Origin: an uncultured Eubacteriales bacterium
Lineage (GTDB): Bacteria; Bacillota; Clostridia; Oscillospirales; UBA644
NCBI GenBank assembly: GCA_934501435.1
Contig: CAKSTW010000005.1
Span: forward strand, 134,011 to 198,010
Reading direction: 5' to 3'
Length of the DNA stretch: 64,000 nt
Below are positions 54,296-63,892 of the stretch, piece after piece (position 1 is the stretch's first letter; every line of letters begins with the position of its first letter). The position numbers and the translations under genes were made by a program. The notes below the pieces were generated by a model that saw nothing but the letters and a program-made list of their open reading frames with translations, was not told where the DNA came from and ran no database searches.

Positions 54296-55522
54296 TCAGA
54301 AAGCCCAGTTTCCGTCTTTGAATATCTGAACTTTTCTGCCGTCTTCGGTCGTTGCGACGATAGAAAGGTCTTTTGTTCCGATCATGAAGTCTTCGTGCTG
54401 CATCGAGTCGTTTACTCCCATTGCGTGAAGTTCTTCTTTCGTGTGCTTTTCGTAATCCTTAACGCAGTTCGTAAAGCCTCTGCCCAAAGCAAGGTGGCAG
54501 GCTGCATTTTCGTCGAAAAGAGTGTTGAAGAAAAGAATTTCGCTGTTTCTTATCGGGGAATCGTAGGGGACAAGCGCGCATTCTCCGAGATATGCCGAGC
54601 CTTCGTCGAGCGAAATGAGTTGTTTGAGAAGGTCTTCGTTCTTTTCGGCTTTTACTTCGACGGCCTTTCCTTTTTCAAATCTTATCGAGAAGTTTTCGAT
54701 GAGTTCGCCGCTGTAAGAAAGCGGTTTCGAGGAATAAACGATACCCTCGGCTTCTCCTCTCATCGGGGTCGTGAAAACCTCTTCGGAGGGAATGTTGGGA
54801 TTATAATAAACGCCTTTGAGAGACGTCTCTCCGCCGCCCAAAAACATTCCGTTCGGCATAAGCCCGACTCTGAAATCGGTCCCGTTTGAGGATTTATATT
54901 CGAGAGTTTTTATTTTGAGACCGTTTAAGAATTTGCATCTTGCTTCAAGGTCGGCGTTGTGGTCGTTCCATTCCTTTATCGGATCGTCGGTCGTGCAGCG
55001 GGAGGTCGTGAGAATTGCTTCCCAGAGTTTCTCGACCGCGACGGAAGGTCTGTCGTTCGGAAAAATCTTTTTTGCCCATGCTTTTCCGGGAACTGCGGCG
55101 ATACACCACTGATATTTGTTATCCATGGCGTCGCGGAACGGCTTTATTACCTTATAGCGTTCCTGCATCGCTTTTCCGTATTTTTCCTGATTCATTCCGT
55201 TAAGTCCGTCGGGATCTTCGGAAAGGAGATATATCATGCACGGCAGGGTTTCGGATCTGTGCTTCAGTTTTTCGACTTCCCAGTCTTCGAGAGATCCGAG
55301 GACTTTTGCCTTTCTGTATTTAGTGTGCAGTTTCTGAATGGGCGTGTAGGAAAAGTCTATTTCGACCTTTCTTGCTCCCGCCCTGTAACATTCTTCGGCT
55401 ACCGTATATACGAAATCGGGCTGATCGGTTTCCGCGCGGATAACGACGTCCTGCCCTTTCTGAACGTGAACCCCGGTGTTTGCTATGAGTTTTGCGAATT
55501 TTTTAAGTCTTGTCTTATTCAT
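54296..55522 (-). CDS. Aminopeptidase, M29 family (AmpS/PepS-like)
   Basis: 408 aa, collinear with thermophilic metalloaminopeptidase (..DEGSAYLGECALVPYDSPI.., ..ENAACHLALG..). Confidence 0.75.
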   Translation of the reverse strand: MNKTRLKKFAKLIANTGVHVQKGQDVVIRAETDQPDFVYTVAEECYRAGARKVEIDFSYTPIQKLHTKYRKAKVLGSLEDWEVEKLKHRSETLPCMIYLLSEDPDGLNGMNQEKYGKAMQERYKVIKPFRDAMDNKYQWCIAAVPGKAWAKKIFPNDRPSVAVEKLWEAILTTSRCTTDDPIKEWNDHNADLEARCKFLNGLKIKTLEYKSSNGTDFRVGLMPNGMFLGGGETSLKGVYYNPNIPSEEVFTTPMRGEAEGIVYSSKPLSYSGELIENFSIRFEKGKAVEVKAEKNEDLLKQLISLDEGSAYLGECALVPYDSPIRNSEILFFNTLFDENAACHLALGRGFTNCVKDYEKHTKEELHAMGVNDSMQHEDFMIGTKDLSIVATTEDGRKVQIFKDGNWAF

Positions 55523-55687
55523 AAAAATTACCTCAGCCTTTCTATCCGAATTTTAACAGAATATGCGGTGTTTGTCAATGATTACGGCGTTTTTGTCGGT
55601 ATATGTTCATTTTTTCCGTCGGGCGGCAATTTATTCGGTGATTTAACGAAAAAAAAGCCGTTCCCGAAGGAACGGCTTTCAGAAAGA

Positions 55688-57427
55688 TCAGTTTTTCTTT
55701 CTCGGAATATAGGTGGTGTGCAGAAGGTGATGAGCCTTGTGTCCGCCCGCTTCGCCGAGATAAGTTTCGTAAAGTTCTTTTACAACGGGGGATTCGTGCG
55801 ATTTTCTCAAAGAACATTCGGCGTCTTCTTTATAAAGAGCCGCCGCGCGGAGTCCGCGTATATCGACGTTTGCTCTGGTGTATGCGTCGTGGATGGGCTG
55901 TCCGCCTCCGTTTACGCAGCCGCCGGGACAAGCCATTATTTCGATGAAGTGGTATTCCGCTTCGCCGTTCTTGATTTTGTTAAGAAGTTTTGCGGCGTTT
56001 GCGGTGCCTGATGCAACGGCAAGTTTAACGTCCATGCCCGCAACGTTGTAGGTTGCTTCTTTTATGCCCTCCATACCTCTGACTTCCTTGAAGTCGAGAG
56101 CGGGAAGTTCTTTGTTTTCGAGTTTTTCGACAACCGTACGGAGAGCCGCCTCCATAACGCCGCCGGACGCTCCGAAGATGTGGCCCGCGCCTGTTGCGCC
56201 GCCGAAGATCGGATCGAAGTCCTCATCGGGAAGAGCGTTGAAGTTGAGACCCGCGCGTTTTATCATCTTCGCAAGTTCTCTTGTCGTAAGAGCCGCGTCT
56301 ATATCGCAGAGACCGTCGACGGAATATCCCTCACGGGTCCTTTCGAATTTCTTTGCGGTACAGGGCATTACGCTTACGACGAAGATGTCTTTCGGGTCAA
56401 TGCCTTTCTTTTCCGCATAATAACTCTTCATAAGAGCGCCGTACATACCCTGCGGCGATTTGCAGGAGGAAAGGTTGGGAATAAATTCGGGGAAGTAGTG
56501 TTCGCAGTATTTTACCCAGCCCGGAGAACAGGATGTGATAAGGGGAAGCGTTCCGCCGTTCTGAACTCTGTTTATGAATTCGGTGCCTTCTTCGATTATC
56601 GTTACGTCAGCCGCGACGTCGACGTCGACAACGGCATCAAATCCGAGACGGCGCATAGCAGCGACCATTTTGCCCTCTGCGTTTGTGCCTATCGGATTGC
56701 CGAATTCTTCGCCTATCTGAACTCTGACGGAGGGCGCCGGCGCGATAACGACATGTTTCGATTCGTCGGAAAGGGCGTCCCAGACAAGTTTCGTATCGTC
56801 TTTTTCGGTGAGAGCGCCTGTCGGGCAAGCCGCGACGCACTGTCCGCACGCGATACAGGAGGTTTTTGCAAGGTGCATATCGAAAGCGCAGCCGATATTT
56901 GTGTTTATACCTCTTTCGTTAGCGCCGATAACGCCCGCGCCCTGTGTATGCTTACAGACCGCAACGCAGCGGCGGCAGAGGATACATTTGTTGTTGTCTC
57001 TGATAAGGTAATCGTTTTCGTCTTTGTCGAATTCGGGCTTGAAACCGTCGAATTCGCCCGCGTTTTCGATTCCGTATTCAAGAGCAAGAGTCTGCAGTTC
57101 GCAGTTCTGGCTTCTTGCGCAGGAAAGACACTTGCGTTCGTGGGTCGAAAGAAGAAGTTCGAGAGTCATTTTTCTCGATTCTCTTACTTTTTCGGTGTTG
57201 GTAAATACTTCCATACCCTCGTTTACGGGGTAAACGCAGGAGGCAACAAGGCTTCTTGCTCCCTTGACTTCGACAACGCAGATACGGCATGCGCCGATAG
57301 CGTTTATGTCTTTAAGAAAGCAGAGGGTGGGAATTTTGATACCCGCGAGATTTGCGGCTTCAAGGATAGTCGAACCCTTGGGCGCCGTTACGGGCATTCC
57401 GTTTATTTTAAGATTTATGTCAGCCAT
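55688..57427 (-). CDS. hydA: [FeFe]-hydrogenase catalytic subunit (2Fe-2S plus 4Fe-4S ferredoxin domains plus H-cluster), bifurcating HydABC type
   Basis: Start at ATG 57427 (RBS ggagga, 6-nt spacing). N-terminus MADINLKINGMPVTAPKGSTILEAANLAGIKIPTLCFLKDINAIGACRICVVEV. H-cluster motifs TSCSPGW, MPCTAKKFE, ..EIMACPGGCVNGGGQ. Confidence 0.9.
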   Translation of the reverse strand: MADINLKINGMPVTAPKGSTILEAANLAGIKIPTLCFLKDINAIGACRICVVEVKGARSLVASCVYPVNEGMEVFTNTEKVRESRKMTLELLLSTHERKCLSCARSQNCELQTLALEYGIENAGEFDGFKPEFDKDENDYLIRDNNKCILCRRCVAVCKHTQGAGVIGANERGINTNIGCAFDMHLAKTSCIACGQCVAACPTGALTEKDDTKLVWDALSDESKHVVIAPAPSVRVQIGEEFGNPIGTNAEGKMVAAMRRLGFDAVVDVDVAADVTIIEEGTEFINRVQNGGTLPLITSCSPGWVKYCEHYFPEFIPNLSSCKSPQGMYGALMKSYYAEKKGIDPKDIFVVSVMPCTAKKFERTREGYSVDGLCDIDAALTTRELAKMIKRAGLNFNALPDEDFDPIFGGATGAGHIFGASGGVMEAALRTVVEKLENKELPALDFKEVRGMEGIKEATYNVAGMDVKLAVASGTANAAKLLNKIKNGEAEYHFIEIMACPGGCVNGGGQPIHDAYTRANVDIRGLRAAALYKEDAECSLRKSHESPVVKELYETYLGEAGGHKAHHLLHTTYIPRKKN

Positions 57428-57439
57428 CACTTTTCCTCC

Positions 57440-59263
57440 TTATTTCTTGACGATTGCGTGGAACGCGCAGTTGTCGATACATACGCCGCATTTTACGCAC
57501 TTTGTCTGGTCGATCGTATGCTGCTGCTTGACCGCGCCGGAAATAGCGCCGACGGGGCAGTTTCTTGCGCATTTCGTACAACCTTTACAGGTGTCGAGAA
57601 TCTCGAAATGAACGAGTTTCTTGCAGACGCCCGCGGGACAGGTCTTGTCCTTGATGTGCGCGATATACTCGTCTTTGAAATATCTCAGGGTGGAAAGTAC
57701 GGGGTTCGGAGCGGTCTGTCCGAGTCCGCAGAGGGCGTTTTCTTTTATGTAGTAGCAAAGTTTTTCCATTCTGTCGAGGTCTTCCATGGTGCCTTTGCCT
57801 TCGGTTATCTTTGTAAGAAGTTCGAGAAGACGTTTTGTTCCCACACGGCAGGGCGTACATTTACCGCAGGATTCATCGACGGTGAATTCGAGGAAGAATT
57901 TCGCGATATCGACCATACAGTTGTCTTCGTCCATGACGATAAGTCCGCCGGAACCCATCATCGAACCGATAGAAATAAGGTTGTCGTAGTCTATGGGAAT
58001 ATCAAGGTGTTCCGCAGGGATACAGCCGCCCGACGGACCGCCGGTCTGGGCTGCCTTGAATTTCTTGCCGTTCGGAATTCCTCCGCCTATCTCTTCGATA
58101 ACGGTGCGGAGAGTCGTTCCCATAGGAACTTCGACAAGTCCGGTATTCGTGATCTTTCCGCCGAGCGCGAAAACTTTTGTTCCCTTGCTCTTTTCGGTAC
58201 CCATGGAAGAGAACCATTCCGCTCCGTTGAGGATTATCTGCGGGATATTTGCGTAAGTCTCAACGTTGTTGAGGACCGACGGCTTCTGGAAAAGTCCTTT
58301 TTCGGCAGGGAAGGGAGGACGGGGTCTCGGTTCTCCTCTGTGACCTTCGATGGAAGTCATAAGGGCTGTTTCTTCTCCGCAGACGAAAGCGCCCGCGCCG
58401 AGACGTATATCCATATCGAAATCAAAGCCCGTTCCGAATATGTCTTTACCCAAAAGACCGTATTCGCGAGCCTGTTTTATCGCTATCTGCAAACGGTGAA
58501 CGGCAATCGGATATTCCGCTCTGACGTAAACGTAACCCTGATTTGCGCCTATCGCGTAACCTGCGATAGCCATTGCCTCGATAACTGCATGGGGGTCGCC
58601 TTCGAGAACCGAACGGTCCATAAACGCGCCGGGGTCGCCCTCGTCGGCGTTACAGCAGACAAATTTCTGATCCGCGTCTTTTACGATGTTTCTTGCAAGC
58701 GCCCATTTTCTTCCGGTCGGGAAGCCCGCGCCGCCGCGTCCGCGAAGACCCGATGCCGTAACGACGTCGATAACTTCTTCCGGAGTCATTTCGGTAAGGA
58801 CTTTACCGAGCGCCTGATATCCGTTCATACCGATATATTCTTCGATATTTTCGGGGTTGATAACGCCGCAGTTTCTCAAAGCAACTCTCTTCTGCTTTGC
58901 ATAGAACGGAGTTTCGGAAAGGGAAACGGCGTGAGCGGTCTGCTCGGCAGCCTCTATTTCAGCCGCTTCTTTTGCGTTGTGCGGTTTGTAGATGAGTCTT
59001 TCTACGGGACGTCCCTTGAGGATATGCTCGCTTACTATCTCCTGCACATCTTCAAGTTTTACCATATTGTAGAAAGTTCCCTCGGGATATACTATCATAA
59101 TGGGACCGAGAGCGCAGAGTCCGAAGCAGCCGGTCCTTACGACCTGAACTTCGTCTGCAAGTCCCTGTGCGGCGATTTCTTTTTCGAGAGAGGCCGCGAT
59201 TTCCATACTCTTTGAGGAGGTGCACCCTGTACCTCCGCAAATAAGGATATGAGAACGAATCAT
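57440..59263 (-). CDS. hydB: NuoF-like flavoprotein subunit of the bifurcating hydrogenase (NAD(P)-binding, FMN, Fe-S)
   Basis: N-terminal thioredoxin-like 2Fe-2S (ICGGTGCTSS..GCFGLCALGP), NuoF core (GRGGAGFPTGRKW, ..CGKCTPCR..), C-terminal 2x[4Fe-4S] (CKGCTKCARNCP..CVKCGVCIDNC). Confidence 0.9.
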   Translation of the reverse strand: MIRSHILICGGTGCTSSKSMEIAASLEKEIAAQGLADEVQVVRTGCFGLCALGPIMIVYPEGTFYNMVKLEDVQEIVSEHILKGRPVERLIYKPHNAKEAAEIEAAEQTAHAVSLSETPFYAKQKRVALRNCGVINPENIEEYIGMNGYQALGKVLTEMTPEEVIDVVTASGLRGRGGAGFPTGRKWALARNIVKDADQKFVCCNADEGDPGAFMDRSVLEGDPHAVIEAMAIAGYAIGANQGYVYVRAEYPIAVHRLQIAIKQAREYGLLGKDIFGTGFDFDMDIRLGAGAFVCGEETALMTSIEGHRGEPRPRPPFPAEKGLFQKPSVLNNVETYANIPQIILNGAEWFSSMGTEKSKGTKVFALGGKITNTGLVEVPMGTTLRTVIEEIGGGIPNGKKFKAAQTGGPSGGCIPAEHLDIPIDYDNLISIGSMMGSGGLIVMDEDNCMVDIAKFFLEFTVDESCGKCTPCRVGTKRLLELLTKITEGKGTMEDLDRMEKLCYYIKENALCGLGQTAPNPVLSTLRYFKDEYIAHIKDKTCPAGVCKKLVHFEILDTCKGCTKCARNCPVGAISGAVKQQHTIDQTKCVKCGVCIDNCAFHAIVKK

Positions 59264-59282
59264 TGTTTACTCCTCCAAATAA

Positions 59283-59657
59283 TTATTTCGTAGCGGTCCC
59301 TATCGTGTATTCTTCGACAATTTTTCCGCCTTTAAGATGCTTTTCGACGACTTCCTTTGCCTTTTCGGGAGTCATCTTTACGTAAGTTGTCTTGTCCTTG
59401 CCGTTTTCGTATACTTCGACGACGGGCTCATACTGACATATTCCTATACAGCCTGTCTGTGTTACCATAACGGAATCGGAAAGTCCCGCCTTCGCGACTT
59501 CCTCGACGAAAGCCGAAAGAACGGGGCGCGCGCCCGCGGCAATTCCGCAGGTCGCCATGCCGACAACGACTCTTACCGTGTCGTCCGCACCCTCGCGGAT
59601 AGCGACTTTTTTCTGCATCTTTTCTCTGATAGCAGCAAGTTCTGCCAAACTTTTCAT
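59283..59657 (-). CDS. Thioredoxin-like [2Fe-2S] ferredoxin (HndB-type small subunit)
   Basis: Start at ATG 59657 (RBS ggagg). VVVGMATCGIAAGARPV...TQTGCIGICQYEPVVEV. Confidence 0.75.
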   Translation of the reverse strand: MKSLAELAAIREKMQKKVAIREGADDTVRVVVGMATCGIAAGARPVLSAFVEEVAKAGLSDSVMVTQTGCIGICQYEPVVEVYENGKDKTTYVKMTPEKAKEVVEKHLKGGKIVEEYTIGTATK

Positions 59658-59683
59658 TGAAAAAACCTCCATATATATTCAAA

Positions 59684-60226
59684 TTAAATATTATTATACG
59701 CTTCTGTAAGATAATCCTTTATCCAGACGAGAACTTCGGGTTCCGAAAGAGAAACGTCCCCCAAAATCTGCCTTATTTCCGCTGTTGAAAGGCGTACCTT
59801 TTTTGACGGCGCAGTGTGCTCAAAAACAAAATCCCTGTCGGGGTCTCCCTGAATGAGGGTGACGACCGAACCCACGATATCTCCGAGCGGCGTAAAATCA
59901 ATACTTTTCGTGTCGAAAGTCGCCGTAACGGTCGTTCCGCGGTCTTCTCCCGATGTCTTTGACTCAATACCGACGCTTCCTCCCGTCTGCTCTGCGGCAA
60001 GGATAAGAAAAGGGATACCGAGTCCTACTTTTCTTGTTCTGCGCGAAGTGTAGAACGGATCGGAAACGGCTTTTACGGTCTGTTCGTCCATTCCGCAGCC
60101 GTCGTCCTTTATTTTCAGCGTCAATATGCCGTCGCTGTCTTCATTTATATATATACCTATATTTTTCGCTCCCGCCCGAACGGAGTTTTTTGCGATGTCG
60201 AGAACGTTAAGAGACAGTTCTTTCAT
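59684..60226 (-). CDS. HATPase_c (GHKL) ATP-binding protein, hydrogenase-associated regulatory module
   Basis: NVLDIAKNSVRAGAK...DDGCGMDEQTV...GLGIPF GHKL boxes. ATGA overlap with the PHP gene. Confidence 0.7.
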   Translation of the reverse strand: MKELSLNVLDIAKNSVRAGAKNIGIYINEDSDGILTLKIKDDGCGMDEQTVKAVSDPFYTSRRTRKVGLGIPFLILAAEQTGGSVGIESKTSGEDRGTTVTATFDTKSIDFTPLGDIVGSVVTLIQGDPDRDFVFEHTAPSKKVRLSTAEIRQILGDVSLSEPEVLVWIKDYLTEAYNNI

Positions 60227-60963
60227 TCTTTTCTCCTGCCGAGTTTTTCTATCAGTTTCAGTCTTACTCCTGCCGAAGAATAAGGTTCGTCGTCGATCTC
60301 GACGGAATTTTCAGCCCCCGAAATGCTCCAGAGGTTATGCGCGTCGCTGCAGGAAAGAACTTCAAGCCCGCGAAGGGAAGAATATTTTTCCGTGTACGGC
60401 GGTATATTTTCCGAAGAATTGAATTCGCAGCAGGTGAAACCCGGTTCGGGAGGAATATCTCCGAGTACCGAGATAATACCGTTTGCCTCTCTGTCGACGT
60501 GCGCGGGGTAGATAAGACCTCCGCGGCTTCTTACCTCTTTTACCGCTTCTTCCGTTGAAAAAGAGGTGGCTGAAATAAGAAGAATTTCTTCGGTTGCTAT
60601 AATTTCGTCGTTTTCTCCGTATATAAACTGATTTCCGAAAATATCGGGTCTGTTTTTAACGGGCAAAAGTCTTTTGTGAATTTCGTCGCCGAACGCTTCG
60701 GCTGTCTCAAGTTCGGGGAACAGACATATCAGATGAATGTCCTCCGACGTCGTCAGTTCGACCCCTCCGACGGGGACGATCCCGTGCCGTCTGCAAGCCG
60801 CAAAAAACGGTCTCAGGTTTTTACAGGAATTGTGATCGGTGAGCGCCATTATTCCGAGACCCGAAAGAGCGCCCATTCCCGCGATGTTTTCCGGCGTCAT
60901 ATCGTCGTCGGCGCAGGGGGAAAGGCAGGAATGAATATGAAGATCGTAAAAATAACGGCTCAT
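60223..60963 (-). CDS. PHP-domain phosphoesterase
   Basis: Start at ATG 60963 (4-nt ATGA overlap with the upstream gene). MSRYFYDLHIHSCLSPCADDDMTPENIAGM...LTDHN. Confidence 0.75.
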   Translation of the reverse strand: MSRYFYDLHIHSCLSPCADDDMTPENIAGMGALSGLGIMALTDHNSCKNLRPFFAACRRHGIVPVGGVELTTSEDIHLICLFPELETAEAFGDEIHKRLLPVKNRPDIFGNQFIYGENDEIIATEEILLISATSFSTEEAVKEVRSRGGLIYPAHVDREANGIISVLGDIPPEPGFTCCEFNSSENIPPYTEKYSSLRGLEVLSCSDAHNLWSISGAENSVEIDDEPYSSAGVRLKLIEKLGRRKE

Positions 60964-61289
60964 TTTATGAGACTTGCGATCTCCGCGCAAAGAGCAAAAG
61001 TGCTTTTTGCGCTTCGGAGGATATTTACGCCTTCGGCTTCCGCCTTTTCAAGGGTTTCTTTGTCGATATCGGAGTTTTCGGCGAGAATAACGCAGGCGAC
61101 GTCTCTTAAAGAGGCGACCGCGACTACGTTTATGTTTGACATTATAGTCACCCATGCGTCGCCCTCTTCCGCTCTTCCCATGACCCAACTCAGAAGATCT
61201 CCCGCGTATCCGCCGTTTATCTTCTTTTCGCCGTCGGGTAAAACGAGAGATTCAAGCCCTGTTTTGTCCATCAGTTCCCGAACATTCAT
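60960..61289 (-). CDS. DRTGG-domain protein
   Basis: Start at ATG 61289 (ATGA overlap with hydS). MNVRELMDKTGLESLVLPDGEKKINGGYAGDLLSWVM...VTIMSNINVVAVASL. Confidence 0.65.
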   Translation of the reverse strand: MNVRELMDKTGLESLVLPDGEKKINGGYAGDLLSWVMGRAEEGDAWVTIMSNINVVAVASLRDVACVILAENSDIDKETLEKAEAEGVNILRSAKSTFALCAEIASLIK

Positions 61290-62575
61290 AAAAGACCTTC
61301 GTTTCTTTTCAGCAGTATTATGCAGTCCCTCATTTCCGCGTTTCCCTTTACGATGTCCTCCGCAAATGCGCGGCAGGTGGGAGAACCGCAGGACCCGCAG
61401 TCGAGTTTCGGCAACTCTTCGCATATCTGCTGAATTTCAAGCATTTTCTGCATAGCCTCCGCTTTGTCGTCCGATAAACTGTTTACCGGAGTGTATTCGA
61501 GAGGCTTTGTCCATAGGTATTCTTTTCCCGCTTTTTCAAACTCTTCGTCCGAAATAACGCCGCTTTTTTCGATAACGTGGTTTCTCGAAACGGGGAGATA
61601 ACGTTTGAGCGACTGAAGCCTTGCTTTTGCAATGTAAGGATTTTCAACCGTCAGCGTTCCTCCGACGCAGCCGCCGTTGCAGGCGTTGAGTTCGATGAAT
61701 TCAAGCGAGGAAATGTTGTCGTTTTCTATTTCGTCAAGTACCTTTATCGCATTTTCTATACCGTCAGCTGCAAGATATCTGTCGTTGAATAGGGCGGTGG
61801 CTTCGCCTCCGGTTCCTGCCCAGCTTATTCCGATAAGCCCTGTTTCGGAAATCATATCCGGAACTTCTATTTTGTTCATTTCCGATATCAATCTGAAATA
61901 AACGTCGCTCATCGAAAGCACGGCGTCGATGTCGCTTTTTGCAACGCCGAGTGGCCGTCTTGCATAACTCACTTTCGCGGGACACGGCGATATGAAGAAT
62001 ATGCCGATGTCTTCGGGTTTCAGGTCCTTATGCGTTTCCAGAACTTTTCTGCGCGCTGTTTTCGCCGCTATCTCAACGGGCGGAAGAACGGGCAGAACGT
62101 TCTTGTAAAGGCTCGGAAACCTGTTTTTTATAAGTCTTACGATAACGGGACAAGCCGAAGAAATAACGGGTTTTTCTATCCCGTGTCTTTTTATGTAGTG
62201 ACGGGTGTACTCCGATACGAGTTCCGCGGCGCAGGAAACTTCGTAAACGCCGTCGAAACCGCAGTGTAAGAGAGCCGTCAGTACAATGTCTATATCTTCA
62301 AGATTGTCAAACTGTCCGAAAAGTGCGGGGGCGGGGAGAGCTACTTTGAATTTGTAGCCGTTTATCGTATCGAACGCGTCAAACTGCGCTTTTTTCGCAT
62401 TATAAGGGCAAAGCCTTATACATTCGCCGCAGTCGATACACCGTTCCGCGGTTATCACCGCTTTTCCGTCCCTTATTCTTATCGCTTCCGTGGGGCATCT
62501 TCTCAAACAATGCGTACAGCCCTTGCATTTGTCCTCCGCAAGAAGGACCGAATGGAATTTTTTGTCTTTTTCCAT
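61286..62575 (-). CDS. hydS: Sensory-type [FeFe]-hydrogenase-like protein (HydS-like): N-terminal 2x[4Fe-4S], H-cluster domain, C-terminal 4-Cys motif
   Basis: CKGCTHCLRRCP..CIDCGECIRLCP; H-cluster domain (FISPCPAKV.., ..ELNACNGGCVGG..); C-terminal CGSCGSPTCRAFAEDIVKGNAEMRDC. RBS ggaggtagcca. Confidence 0.7.
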   Translation of the reverse strand: MEKDKKFHSVLLAEDKCKGCTHCLRRCPTEAIRIRDGKAVITAERCIDCGECIRLCPYNAKKAQFDAFDTINGYKFKVALPAPALFGQFDNLEDIDIVLTALLHCGFDGVYEVSCAAELVSEYTRHYIKRHGIEKPVISSACPVIVRLIKNRFPSLYKNVLPVLPPVEIAAKTARRKVLETHKDLKPEDIGIFFISPCPAKVSYARRPLGVAKSDIDAVLSMSDVYFRLISEMNKIEVPDMISETGLIGISWAGTGGEATALFNDRYLAADGIENAIKVLDEIENDNISSLEFIELNACNGGCVGGTLTVENPYIAKARLQSLKRYLPVSRNHVIEKSGVISDEEFEKAGKEYLWTKPLEYTPVNSLSDDKAEAMQKMLEIQQICEELPKLDCGSCGSPTCRAFAEDIVKGNAEMRDCIILLKRNEGLL

Positions 62576-62597
62576 TGGCTACCTCCGTTTTTGCGTG

Positions 62598-63020
62598 TCA
62601 GAGTCTGACCTCCATGGTTATTTTCGTCCCGACGCCGACAGCCGACTGTATGTCTATACTGTCGGTGTATCTTTTCATGTTCGGAAGACCCATTCCCGCG
62701 CCGAACCCGAGAGAACGGATATTGTCCTTTGCGGTGGAATATCCCTCCTGCATCGCGAGTTCGATATTTTCGATACCGGGACCCGTGTCTTCGAGAACTA
62801 TGACTATCTTTTCGGGGTAAACAAGAACGTCGGCGGTGCCTCCGTTCGCGTGTATTACCATGTTGATCTCGCCCTCATACATCGCAATGGATACTCTTTT
62901 TATGATGTCAGGGTCAATGCTCAACTGTCTTAAAAGTTTTTTGACTTTGACGGAGGCTTCTCCCGCCGAGGTGAAATTGTCGCCGTCGACGTCAAAATGA
63001 AATTTTACCGCGTCAGTCAT
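62598..63020 (-). CDS. Anti-sigma-regulatory-factor-like Ser/Thr kinase (RsbW/SpoIIAB-type HATPase)
   Basis: 140 aa. ..MYEGEINMVIHANGG...LEDTGPGIENIELAMQEGYST...GFGAGMGLPNM. Confidence 0.75.
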   Translation of the reverse strand: MTDAVKFHFDVDGDNFTSAGEASVKVKKLLRQLSIDPDIIKRVSIAMYEGEINMVIHANGGTADVLVYPEKIVIVLEDTGPGIENIELAMQEGYSTAKDNIRSLGFGAGMGLPNMKRYTDSIDIQSAVGVGTKITMEVRL

Positions 63021-63369
63021 GTTTCGTCTCTCCGCCGCGAAGTCCGTTTTTGTAGAGCGCTCCGCATGCCGTGAACATTCTTTCGGCTGTCGAAAGAACG
63101 ACTATTCCCGCGTCTCTTGCAAGTTCGAGAATATCTTCGGACGGCATTTTCCCGCGGACAAAGACTATACATCTCATATCCATCATTTCCGCCGTCCTCA
63201 CGACCTGGGGATTGACGAGCCCGGTGAGAAGCACCGCCTGCTCTTTTACAAAAGCGAGGACGTCGCTCATCATATCGGAGCCGCAGGCGGATTTTACATC
63301 GTTTTCAAGCAGGGCTTCTCCGCATAGAACTTTGGCGTCAAGCAGCTGTGCGATAGTGCTTATTCTCAT
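63013..63369 (-). CDS. DRTGG-domain protein
   Basis: 118 aa. MRISTIAQLLDAKVLCGEALLENDVKSACGSDMMSDVLAFV..VLLTGLVNPQVVRTAEMMD... Confidence 0.65.
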   Translation of the reverse strand: MRISTIAQLLDAKVLCGEALLENDVKSACGSDMMSDVLAFVKEQAVLLTGLVNPQVVRTAEMMDMRCIVFVRGKMPSEDILELARDAGIVVLSTAERMFTACGALYKNGLRGGETKHD

Positions 63370-63397
63370 TTTGAATTCCTCCGTTGCCTGTTCGGAA

Positions 63398-63892
63398 TCA
63401 GTATTTTTTAAGTATATCGGGGATCTGATCCGCCGTTAATTTTCCGTAAACGTCGTCGTTGACCGTCATGACGGGAGCAAGTCCGCAACAACCTATGCAT
63501 CTTGTCGCTTCAAGCGAGAATTTTCCGTCGGAAGTGACCTCTCCGCTCTGAAGACCGAGTTCGGAACATACTTTGTCGTATACCTCCTGCGCGCCTTTGA
63601 CGTAGCAAGCCGTTCCGAGACATACGCCGATCTTGTACTGTCCTTTCGGGTTAAGCGCGAACTGCGTGTAGAACGTTGCGACTCCGTAAACTTCTTCGAT
63701 AGCGATACCGAGATCGTCGGCTATCATTCTCTGTACCTCTATGGGCAGATAACCGTATATCTCCTGCGCCTGCTGCATGACCGGCATGAGCGCTCCCGGC
63801 TGATCTTTAAGTCTTGAAGTAAGCTCGTGGAGTTTCGCTTCCTGCTCGGCTGTTCCCGCAAAGGGAATTTTGCAGATTTTTTCTTTTGCCAT
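63398..63892 (-). CDS. hydC: NuoE-like [2Fe-2S] subunit of the bifurcating hydrogenase
   Basis: Start taken at ATG 63892 (RBS aaaggaag). ..GALMPVMQQAQEIYGYLP.., CLGTACYVKG, ..CIGCCGLAPVM.. An upstream in-frame ATG at 63937 has a poorer RBS. Confidence 0.8.
   Translation of the reverse strand: MAKEKICKIPFAGTAEQEAKLHELTSRLKDQPGALMPVMQQAQEIYGYLPIEVQRMIADDLGIAIEEVYGVATFYTQFALNPKGQYKIGVCLGTACYVKGAQEVYDKVCSELGLQSGEVTSDGKFSLEATRCIGCCGLAPVMTVNDDVYGKLTADQIPDILKKY

Noticed and set aside
56180-59215. 1011-aa plus-strand ORF
   Set aside because: Antisense to the hydA and hydB genes, whose minus-strand translations carry unmistakable hydrogenase and NuoF motifs. Long stop-free reverse frame in GC-rich DNA.
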